Below are positions 1 through 11,900 of a stretch of DNA of 64,000 nt, in pieces. Every line of letters begins with the position of its first letter. Within the stretch, counting starts at the first letter, position 1. A program made the translations under genes and the position numbers. Location of the stretch: positions 124,001 through 188,000 of the forward strand of contig CM120645.1 of assembly GCA_051362555.1 (NCBI GenBank), in the 5' to 3' direction. The notes beneath the pieces are model-generated. The model had not been told where the DNA came from and ran no database searches. It saw only the letters and a program-made list of their open reading frames with translations. The stretch is from Lingula anatina (Eukaryota > Animalia > Brachiopoda).

Positions 1-72
1 TATTATATACACTGGTCAATATTAATACAGTCTGTCAGCTTATTTAGTCTACTGTGGAAATGCTGGCCTCAC

Positions 73-753
73 CTGACTTTTCAGTTCTGCCACTTTGGAG
101 GAATGTTCAGCATCTGGGAGGTGGGATAATTCCTCGGCCTGCTGTCTCAAGGTTTGCTTCAAGTTGTCAATCTCCTCAGAATAATTCTGCTCCATGAGAA
201 CCTTGCTCTGTAACTTCATCTGCAGGCTGTACTTCTCTTGCTCCAAAGTCTGGAAGACAATATCTTCACACTGTACCTCTATCTTAACAGTGTAGTCTGT
301 ATACACAGAGCTCTAGCTGTCACTGTACCTCTGTCTTAACAGTGTAGTCTGTATACACAGAGCTCTAGCTGTCACTGTACCTCTATCTTAACAGTCTAGT
401 CTGTATACACAGAGCTCTAGCTGTCACTGTACCTCTATCTTAACAGTGTAGTCTGTATACACAGAGCTCTAGCTGTCACTGTACCTCTATCTTAACAGTG
501 TAGTCTGTATACACAGAGCTCTAGCTGTCACTGTACCTCTGTTTTAACAGTGTAGTCTGTATACACAGAGCTCTATCTGTCATTGTACCTCTATCCTGGC
601 TGTCATGGACCTCCGTGACTCCTCTAGCTCCTTGTTCAGCTCTCGGTTGTCCTCTAACAGTGACTTGCCAATCTCTGCTGCCCTCTGGAGGTTGGTTTCA
701 CTCTCAGACAGCTGTTGTCGCAGATTCTGTATCTCCATCTCAGCACCAGACAT
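73..753 (-). CDS. SPDL1: Spindly-like coiled-coil dynein adaptor, first two coding exons (753-589, 249-73); gene continues past the window start
   Basis: Spliced translation MSGAEMEIQNLRQQLSESETNLQRAAEIGKSLLEDNRELNKELEESRRSMTARIE|TLEQEKYSLQMKLQSK... has the CC1 box (AAxxG) close to the N-terminus and an EQEKYxLQ motif as recalled for Spindly. GT-AG sites are in phase 0. A BICDR-family identity is the alternative. Confidence 0.72.
269..595. repeat. 52-bp tandem repeat (~6 copies) containing the donor site of the SPDL1-like first coding exon
   Basis: Unit cactgtacctctatcttaacagtgtagtctgtatacacagagctctagctgt. On the minus strand each unit contains GATAGAG|GTACA, the exon end plus donor. Confidence 0.93.
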
Positions 754-1612
754 CACAGTAGTTTTCCTGCTAAAACAAAAGTTCTTGAACCATTATAATC
801 GTGTTTTCAACAAAATTTTGAAAGTGCCCATACAGTCTGAGACATAAACAGCCATTATCAAAGTATTTGGTTTTATATAAAACAAAAAAAAAAAAAAATT
901 TCTTTTCTTTCAGATCTGTACAGGTTAGAAATTAATTGATATAAGCAATCAGATGCATGGTTTGGGCCCAAAACAGGACATTACATTTCTAACTTACATA
1001 GTGTATAACGCAATCCAAAGATTCCACAGTTCATGTCAAATTTACTTAAGGTTGCATTTATAAAGAAAAACCCAATGATCAGTTAAATGATTTATTCATC
1101 AGTCAGTAACTACATATTTTAAGTCAAGTCTCCAACCCTTAACTCTCTGAAATCGCATCCATCTTCCACGTGCTCCCAAGATCATCTCTCCCAATCTCCT
1201 CCCACGGTATTCACTCTCAAAGCCTATATACTGATTTCTTATCTTAGGTGGATCCAATGCTGCACAAGTGACTTGTGTGAAATGAAGGCAAACCTTAATT
1301 CCTGATAATTGTATAGTTAATTGCTTTACATTTGTGTTGTACAAAGAAGCTGCCACATTTCTCAAGAACTCTTGGACAGCAATAAGTTTCATCATACAAC
1401 ATCAAAATATATTTTTTATCTTCACATCAGACACAACAAGGGTATCAGTGTCCTAGCTAAGCGCCCATGAACAAATTTAACATTCTATGGTTCCCAAAGT
1501 TTTCAAGGGCTAGGGCAATACTTTTTGCATATACCCCCCTACCACACCTACAAATCTTTGATTTTTATTTATTTTAGGGTTGGAGATGGGGTGACACTGA
1601 TCAATGTCTATT

Positions 1613-3386
1613 AACCCATTACAGTGACGTCATATTTGCTCCGTAACACTAGTCCCGCGGCCATGCTGGAGGGAATGAACGACGGGCAATAGTAGCGGTA
1701 ATATAGGTGAACCAAATAAAATAAAATAAACTTCATATCGCGATCAAGTACACCAAAGGGAAAAGGATATATACAAGCTGAAGCGTCAGCTGCTCAGCAG
1801 GATCGACCAATATGAACTCAAGACAGTCTAAAAACATGGAATCCTACCAAATGCTACTTATCCAACATCGTGTTGTCAGAAGATAGTTCAGTTATCTTGT
1901 ACTTCATTTTTCTTGTTCATTGGGTAATAACAGTTATAGTTTGAGAGAGTTTAATGTGTAATCATAAGTTTAACCTTACATAGAAGCAACTTTTTTCATA
2001 AAGGATAGATATAAGGAGAAATTTGAGCTGATCATCAGGATAAACCCTTATGGACTCAAGGAAGAATGTATGCAGGATTGTCATAAAGTATGACATGAAA
2101 TATTGCTGTCAGTTATATGACTTATCTCTACATCGTGAAGCTGTCAGAAATTATTTCAGCATTCTTGTACTTCATATTGGTGCATTAGAAAGTACATGTA
2201 ACAATACTGTGGTTTGAGAGAGTTTATTATTCACCATGAATGCAACCATTCGTATAAGCTACATGTTAGGATTTTATTATTATTCAGTCATTCACAGAAG
2301 CAAGGCATTTTTCACACTTATGTATTTATGATGTCCAATGTAAAATAACAATAATTCAGTTCATGAATTGATCTTCATTTCTGTTTTTTTTTTTTTTTTT
2401 TTTTTGATAATTTACTTGCGCCCAATCAGTGTGGCTTGGTGGGAAATGCCAGTCAATTTCCTAAATGTAAATTAATAGAAAGATGACAATAGTGATTTTT
2501 ATTCATATTGTAACTTACAACATTACAGTTGAAAGGAGCAGAATTTAACATTTTTACAGAGGAAAGTGCAAATTCATTTCATGAGGTTATATGTCAATTA
2601 CACCTGAGGTAGAATTTACTTGCAAAATAAAATTACTCTTATCACTACACCAAATCGAAAATTAAGCCACTAACTTCCAAATGCACCTCATACAGGTAAT
2701 TGATTTAATTGGCCCAGCTCAGCTGTGTACAGTACAAATATATAGCCTTGACACTAATTGGCAATACTGCTAGCCAGGTATTAAAGAGGTAGGTGACAGC
2801 CGATAAAATCTAGAGAGCACCGTAACTGATAACAAATTACACCCAAGGCAATAGGTGAGTCTTCATTATAAAAGTCGAAACCCTGCCTGGGTATTTCCAC
2901 ACGTTTTAACAAATTAACACACTCTCCACCCAAACTTTTTGGGCACTACTTTAAATATATATGTAGTGTACGTGCGCCCCAAATGTACACACCTAGGTCT
3001 TTGGTTTTCTACTGTTTTTTCTTTTATGGTAAAATCTGCACAGCTGGCTCTCCATTCTTTGCTATAAAATAAATTAGTTTTATCCTTTACTTTTCCGAAG
3101 AGTCTTGATTCAAAGCCACCTCGCCGTCTCTCCTCCGTTTATGGTTTTAGTTCCTTCACCATGGATTGTTACCACTGCAGGCAGCCTGTGAACGCTTGTA
3201 AAGTTAGTTATCTTCTCTCGATCAAATAACCTGCAGTAATTCATCATTTTGCTCGGTTAAATATCAAAGAAAATACAGAAAACGAAAACTGAACTACAGA
3301 CATGGCTTGTTCATGCGCAGCAGACGATTCCGGTCTCCCTCCAGAATGGCTGCCGTTTGTTTTGATGACGCAGGCTCTAATGGGTC
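1613..3386. mobile_element. Possible degenerate DNA transposon with imperfect inverted ends
   Basis: Left end acccattacagtgacgtcata...ggccatgctggaggga. Reverse complement of the right end acccattagagcctgcgtcatc...agccattctggaggga. No intact ORF. Confidence 0.4.
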
Positions 3387-3729
3387 ATTATTCAAATACA
3401 CTGTATTATCGGGCCGTATTATCTAGAGAAGTTAGGAAATTTACCAAATCAGTATTTGTATAGTTGCCCTCTTACAATTTAACGGGCCTGACATTTCAAA
3501 TTAAAATATCCAAAATTTAGTAAATGAATTGCCGAACTAATTCACAGCAAGCAAATCAAATCAAAGATGGTAGGTTTGACATCCAGATTCGCCTTCCTTA
3601 TTTCTGTAGTAATTACAAAGTGGAATTTGGTCGCTGACGAAAGAAAGATAGAGAACAAGAAGAAAAGATCCCTTTGTCGAAAATTGAGTAATAAAACAAA
3701 CTACAACCGATATGATACCCACTGAATAT

Positions 3730-3780
3730 TACGCTCCGCTTGTTTGAATTCTCCAATATGGCGCCGCTTCAAATATTGAC
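3730..3780 (-). promoter_or_regulatory. Candidate promoter/5' end of the SPDL1-like gene
   Basis: Local CpG cluster with TTTGAA (CHR-like) on both strands, CCAAT and a YY1-like AATATGGCG, upstream of a probable mitotic gene whose first coding exon has an acceptor at 767. Confidence 0.3.
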
Positions 3781-5937
3781 CTATGATAAATCAGCATTAC
3801 ATTTTGTCCGTATACACAACAAGACACAATTGAGATGCACTGAACGAGATCAGTGGAACGAGATAGAAAGTGAAAGTAATAAATGAAGAAAATGGCTACC
3901 TTTTGCGGTGTAGATTATGTGCACAAAAAGTACATACTAATACATCTGTGACGTACATGTGACGATTAGTTTATTATATTCCATATTATTTTAACTAGTA
4001 GAATATACCCCCAAAATAAATAAAAAGAAAAAATACACCACTGACGCTCACATATTCAGACAGGAACAAGCTTGAACAGCATTTTGCTAGAAGTTACTAG
4101 CACTCTGGAGAGTTTTTCAACCTGTTATGAAATTTAAACCATTTTCTCTATAGAATATGTTATTTGAGATGCACGTTGAAAGCTTCAAAACTGAAAAGCA
4201 GGCCATCCTTTGGTTCCATGCTATACTGTAAAAGCATGACAAAGGCTACAAAAATATCTTGAATGCTTCCAAAATAATGTACAATTATCTGAAAAGTTGA
4301 TTTTTTTTCCATTGAAAAGAGAGAGAGTAATTACTGTATTTCTTTTTTTTTTAAACCTGTCTAGAAATTTAATTTTAATTTTTCTCTTTGGAACATGTTA
4401 TTTGAGAACTACATTAGTGTATGATAATATATATATGTCCTATTTGCTGTAAAAATATCACAAAGGCAACTGATAAGAGAAATTATTTTTCCTCCTCCTT
4501 CTTGTCACAAGTGTCGTATGTAGGCCCATTCACATTCTGTTAAAAAAGTATCCATGCATATGGCGGCAACTACTGCAGAGAAGAATTTGAAATTTTGCAC
4601 GGAAGCGATCGGTTTTGCAGTGCGTAAAATGATTGTCCATGCAGTTTTTTGGTTAACCTCTACCAGGGTGGGAGATATTACTGGCACATTTCAGAGAACC
4701 ATTTAAATGACTATTTATCTATTTATCTAAAGATATCTGTGAATATCTTGTGAAAAATCAATCAGTGGCTTTGGTAGAGGGTAACAAACAGTCAGCTTGC
4801 CATTTCTCCCACATGACCTCGAGGTCAGGTCATGGAAGATCCGTCTGTGAAAAACGTTACGGCCTGTGGGCTTATGATTTTAAAAATTTGTCAAAAGTTA
4901 CAGCTTGACAAAATCGTAGAGACCACGGACACCATATTTTTAATTTTAGGTCTGGACATTGGTCAGCTGTGCGGTCTTGTTATTTCTTCACATAAGTTGC
5001 GACATTGTTTAAAATTAATGTCAGTACAGGGAAATATTCAAATATTATATTAATTTAAACTAAAATATTCTAGGATCCACATTCCACAGTAATGTATTAT
5101 AATATATACTTTCCAATATTGCTTATTATAAAGATTTTATATTATAATAACTGAAATTTGCTGAAGACAGTGTGTGATAATTATCAATAAGATTGTTCAT
5201 GGTTACATTTACTAAAGATTTTTGTGATAATAATCACATGCTTTGTAACAAAAAAAATTAAGTGAAACAGCTATGTTTCATTCTTGTCACCAGAGCATCA
5301 TCAGGCAGAATGCCCACAGATAGTTAGGTGTTGTGATTGTCACTTGGGGTAGTAAGTGGCCAGTTGTTTAAGATCTAACTGGCCAAAAGCCCCCGAGTTG
5401 ATGTTATGATACAGTCTTGTTGTCATCAACTAATGCTCTGGATTTTTTTCCATTTACACAATTTATGTATGTGAAAGATATAAATAATGTTACAACACAT
5501 GGAGTGAGACACAAATAAGAAATATTTTTTTGTATATATGTTTATTTGTTCCTCCTTAAATGAAAATATTCACCTCTTAATATGTACAGTCCAATTTACC
5601 GTAGTTTTAAAAACCACTATTTACAACCTCAGAACACCCCAAATAACCACCATTAAGTTTTTGAGTGCTTTGATTAAAATTTCTTTTTTTATGTAATAAA
5701 TTTCATAATTTATACCCACAATACAATACTCAATTCATCTTATCTGAGGCTGTTACATGTTCATATTTTAATATCAAAATAGTAGCAAGTTGTGGGGGTT
5801 CTCATCCTCAACCACTGTCACAGTTTCAGTTAAAGTGAACAAACCCCCAAGTCAATGAAATAATTACACCTCACTGGAAAAAGTTCATGGAATATATAAA
5901 TTCCATTACTATGTCTCCTTGTCAGCTGATATCTTCA

Positions 5938-8900
5938 CTAAGAACAAGTCTGCATACCTCTCTGTAGTAAGTCTAACATAACTGGGTACACAGCAGCAAA
6001 CTCCTTTCCCTCTCTGACACGCACAGTCTGCACATAGGACTCAAGTGTGCCCCTGGAAATAGTTAATTTTTTTATCACAGTCTGCACATAGGACTCAAGT
6101 GTGTCCCTGGAAATAGTTAATTTTTTTATCACAGTCTGCACATAGGACTCAAGTGTGCCCCTGGAAATAGTTAATTTTTTTATCACAGTCTGCACATAGG
6201 ACTCCAGTGTGCCCCTGGAAATAGTTAATTTTTTTTATCAGAGGAATCCTATCTGGGATTTCGCACCAAAAGAAATTACTTTTAAAAAGTTATTTTAAAT
6301 TTCCTATTCAAGAGTCACTACTCAACCCATCTCTGCACTTGGATTCCATGTTGCATTCTATTTTTAATGAAATAACTCCGTTCTACATCTTTCTTGTAAC
6401 ATTTAGACTAGGATGTTTCTCTGTACATTTCATGTGGAAATAGCATCAGTAATAAGTGCAGGATGAGAAACAAAATAGTTCTTATTTCGGCCTTACTTTT
6501 CGGCAGCTTAGTTAAGAGCATCTTATGGCTTTAATTAATTAATTATTTTGGATAGTATTTCTGGACTTACTTTAACAATGCCAACCTTTCTTTCTCTGCT
6601 GGGTGATCATCTAACCACTGACTATATCTACTAATAGACCAGTTTGCTGCCTGGAAATGTGGAAAACAATTATATAAAAACTCAAGTTTTTTATACATTG
6701 CCAGTTTGATACATTTTTACAGATCTTTTAAATAATCAATTTTTTAAGGTGGGGTGGGGGGAGCATGAACGTTTAGGGTCTTCTTTTCCACCTTAAATGT
6801 CACAGCTCTCTCGGTGGTGGCAGTCATATAACAATCAACATCAACTTATAAAAAACATGTTTTGAACCTTGTGATGTTGAACAGACACTGAGTTTATCTG
6901 GCAAACAGAAAGTGTAAGGCAGTACTATAGGGTCCTATATCTTACCTGATGTGGACTACGTAATTCCTGAGGACCTCTGGCAAACAGAAAGTGTAAGGCA
7001 GTACTATAGGGTACTATATCTTACCTGGTGTGGACTACGTAATTCCTGAGGACCTCTGGCAAACAGAAAGTGTAAGGCAGTACAATAGGGTCCTATATCT
7101 TACCTGATGTGGACTACGTAATTCCTGAGGACCTCTGGCAAACAGAAAGTGTAAGGCAGTACTATAGGGTCCTATATCTTACCTGGTGTGGACTACGTAA
7201 TTCCTGAGGACCTCTGGCAAACAGAAAGTGTAAGGCAGTACTATAGGGTCCTATATCTTACCTGGTGTGGACTACATAATTCCTGAGGACCTCTGGCAAA
7301 CAGAAAGTGTAAGGCAGTACTATAGGGTCCTATATCTTACCTGGTGTGGACTACATAATTCCTGAGGACCTCTGGCAAACAGAAAGTGTAAGGCAGTACT
7401 ATAGGGTCCTATATCTTACCTGATGTGGACTACGTAATTCCTGAGGACCTCTGGCAAACAGAAAGTGTAAGGCAGTACTATAGGGTCCTATATCTTACCT
7501 GATGTGGACTACGCAATTCCTGAGGACCTCTGGCAAACAGAAAGTGTAAGGCAGTACTATAGGGTCCTATATCTTACCTGATGTGGACTACGCAATTCCT
7601 GAGGACCTCTGGCAAACAGAAAGTGTAAGGCAGTACTATAGGGTACTATATCTTACCTGATGTGGACTACGCAATTCCTGAGGACCTCTGGCAAACAGAA
7701 AGTGTAAGGCAGTACTATAGGGTCCTATATCTTACCTGATGTGGACTACGCAATTCCTGAGGACCTCTGGCAAACAGAAAGTGTAAGGCAGTACTATAGG
7801 GTCCTATATCTTACCTGGTGTGGACTACGTAATTCCTGAGGACCTCTGGCAAACAGAAAGTGTAAGGCAGTACTATAGGGTCCTATATCTTACTTGGTGT
7901 GGACTACGTAATTCCTGAGGACCTCTGGCAAACAGAAAGTGTAAGGCAGTACTATAGGGTACTATATCTTACCTGATGTGGACTACGTAATTCCTGAGGA
8001 CCTCTGGCAAACAGAAAGTGTAAGGCAGTACTATAGGGTCCTATATCTTACCTGGTGTGGACTACGTAATTCCTGAGGACCTCTGGCAAACAGAAAGTGT
8101 AAGGCAGTACTATAGGGTACTATATCTTACCTGGTGTGGACTACGTAATTCCTGAGGACCTCTGGCAAACAGAAAGTGTAAGGCAGTACTATAGGGTCCT
8201 ATATCTTACCTGATGTGGACTACATAATTCCTGAGGACCTCTGGCAAACAGAAAGTGTAAGGCAGTACTATAGGGTACTATATCTTACCTGGTGTGGACT
8301 ACGTAATTCCTGAGGACCTCTGGCAAACAGAAAGTGTAAGGCAGTACTATAGGGTCCTATATCTTACCTGGTGTGGACTACGTAATTCCTGAGGACCTCT
8401 GGCAAACAGAAAGTGTAAGGCAGTACTATAGGGTACTATATCTTACCTGGTGTGGACTACGTAATTCCTGAGGACCTCTGGCAAACAGAAAGTGTAAGGC
8501 AGTACTATAGGGTCCTATATCTTACCTGATATGGACTACTTAATTCCTGAGGACCTCTGGCAAACAGAAAGTGTAAGGCAGTACTATAGGGTACTATATC
8601 TTACCTGGTGTGGACTACGTAATTCCTGAGGACCTCTGGCAAACAGAAAGTGTAAGGCAGTACTATAGGGTACTATATCTTACCTGATGTGGACTACGTA
8701 ATTCCTGAGGACCTCTGGCAAACAGAAAGTGTAAGGCAGTACTATAGGGTACTATATCTTACCTGGTGTGGACTACGTAATTCCTGAGGACCTCTGGCAA
8801 ACAGAAAGTGTAAGGCAGTACCATAGGGTACTATATCTTACCTGATGTGGACTACGTAATTCCTGAGGACCTCTGGCAAACAGAAAGTGTAAGGCAGTAC

Positions 8901-11900
8901 TATAGGGTACTATATCTCCCATTGCTGGACTGCTGGCAATATGTTCACTAGTTTGGAACAGCAGAGGCCTAGAATCCACGGGAAAAATACAAAATATTGT
9001 GCTTTTAAATCTATTCAATGCTTTTTCAAAAGAATCATACACCTTTACTGGACAGTTAAAACACTTCTCAAACTTCTTCACAAAACAGATCATTTAGCCA
9101 TAATCTTGGCAAAGTGGTGCCTAGGAAAATCTTAATATTAGATTACATACTGTGTTAGAGTACTGATTCAATTAACTTCCAGTATTTTCACATCATAAAA
9201 AAAAACTCTTCTTTGTTAACAAACAAGTTTCCCTGTACCTGAATGCCCGCAGCAGTCGGTAAGGTTTCCCCAAATCTGTCACTCGCCTACAGAAAGGCAT
9301 AATGGCCATCTCCATCTGGGCAAAGTCTGCCGCCAGGCGTAATTTCCCTCCATCCCCCAGAGGGCGCACTATGCTGGCATGTCGTACAAACAAGTCCAGC
9401 GCTCTGCAGGCTATAGTATGAATACTGGGGCGAAGAGAGGAGAGAGAGGAAATTACAACACCAGTCTGAGATTATTCATATGTAACACTAATAAAACAAA
9501 TACCTTCATTCATAATATCTAAATGCAAAACTGTTCACGTTTCCTCAAAAAAGTTCCCCAACCTTATCTGCGTTAATAATATTACCTTTAGAAGACTTAA
9601 CTCTATAAAACCCTCCAGTTGTCTTATATATTACCTACCTGTCCATGATAAAGTCAGTACAGTTGAACTGTGTCAGATAATCTGACTGCACTTTGGCTAT
9701 AAAACCCTCCAGTTGTCTTATATATTACCTACCTGTCCATGATAAAGTCAGTACAGTTGAACTGTGTCAGATAATCTGACTGCACTTTGGCTATAAAACC
9801 TTCCAGTTGTCTTATATATTACCTACCTGTCCATGATAAAGTCAGTACAGTTGAACTGTGTCAGATAATCTGCCTGCACTCTGGCTATAAAACCCTCTAG
9901 TTCTCTCATGTACAGGGAACATGGTATGTCAACTTGGCCCCCGTCACCCGGCACAGAGCTAAACAGAGAACAAGGCAAACAATGAAGGAAAAGGTTTCAC
10001 ACTGGTTTCTAGATAACATGAGGCTAAATGCTGAAATCATTTCATTCCTTCAGTTCTCAACACATTGAGAGGAGTATCAGCTGTCACTTTACCCAAAGTC
10101 AAATACTCACCTAAAATATTCACTTTTCATAATTAATTTTGTCAACGAAAAAGAAATCCTCCAACTTACGCTGCAAAGTCCTCATTATGCATGGTAAGAA
10201 TGATGGACTCTATGGCGTCTGAGATTGAAGTCAGCAGTGGCTGGATTGTGTTTCCCATCAGGACAACGACAGTCTGGAAAATAAACATAAAGTATATTGT
10301 TTATAACTGGAGAACAAGAATACTCCTGTAGGCTCGCTGTAAAGACTAGAAATATTATTACAATTTGTACACTTCACTTTGCCTGTATATATTTCATTTG
10401 ACATTGGGCCAATATCCTTTATTAACACTGCTAACACAGAGGGTGTAAAAAGTAAGTCATACATTACATCATCTGTTGAAGTATAGGGACGTTTTCAAAT
10501 TGGTTTTTAAAGAATCTTACGTCATTATGATGAGAAATGAGTAAAGTCCTCTCAAGTACCGTGGGAACATACCTCTAACGCCTGCTGCATGCTCTCCACG
10601 GCAACAGGAGGAAAATGAACCAATCCATTAATGACCTGAAAGAAGAAATTAAATGTAAGATATAACATATAATACAGTTTGTTATTTTGCCTCATTGAAA
10701 ATAAGCACACAGCAACTCAATAAACTGAGCAAAAACTAAATACTGTAATAAATACTATAAAAAAGTTCAATGTGGGTATAAAGAATCTATGGTGTCTAGA
10801 AATAGCATGAAAATATCTCAATGAAAACTATAAGCAGGTACCTTATCAATTCAACCATTAGTCCATGTCAAGATATCCATTACTGTTACATACTGTTGAT
10901 AAAACTTAGTCCATGTCAAGATATCCATTACTGTTACATGCTGCTGATAAAACTTAGTCCATGTCAAGATATCCAATACTGTTACATACTGTTGATAAAA
11001 CTTAGTCCATGTCAAGATATCCATTACTGTTACATACTGTTGATAAAAACTGAGTCCATGTCAAGATATCCATTACTGTTACATACTGTTGATAAAACTG
11101 AGTCCATGTCAAGATATCCATTACTGTTACATACTGTTGATAAAACTTAGTCCATGTCAAGATATCCATTACTGTTACATGCTGCTGATAAAACTTAGTC
11201 CATGTCAAGATATCCAATACTGTTACATACTGTTGATAAAACTTAGTCCATGTCAAGATATCCATTACTGTTACATACTGTTGATAAAAACTGAGTCCAT
11301 GTCAAGATATCCATTACTGTTACATACTGTTGATAAAACTGAGTCCATGTCAAGATATCCATTACTGTTACATGCTGCTGATAAAAAACAGGGCTTTGTC
11401 CTCTAAAGACACACCAGATCTATGCATCCTATAACATCCTATAACAGGGCTTTGTCCTCTAAAGACACACCAGATCTATGCATCCTATAACATCCTATAA
11501 CAGGGCTTTGTCCTCTAAAGACACACCAGATCTATGCATCCTATAACATCCTATAACAGGGCTTTGTCCTCTAAAGACACACCAGATCTATGCATCCTAT
11601 AACATCCTATAACAGGGCTTTGTCCTCTAAAGACACACCAGATCTATGCATCCTATAACATACTATAACAGGGCTTTGTCCTCTAAAGACACACCAGATC
11701 TAAGCATCCTATAACATCCTATAACAGGGCTTTGTCCTCTAAAGACACACCAGATCTAAGCATCCTATAACATCCTATAACAGGGCTTTGTCCTCTAAAG
11801 ACACACCAGATCTAAGCATCCTATAACATCCTATAACAGGGCTTTGTCCTCTAAAGACACACCAGCTCTATGCATCCTATAACATCCTGTAACAGGGCTT

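Noticed and set aside
4650-4930. Palindrome tgacctcgaggtca in a repeat-like stretch
   Set aside because: Probably a fragment of a dispersed repeat; no boundaries could be defined.
10821-11406. ORFs in the 48-bp array, and similar ORFs at 14652-14947, 20180-20446, 39286-39495, 43023-43581
   Set aside because: Translations of minisatellites or microsatellites.
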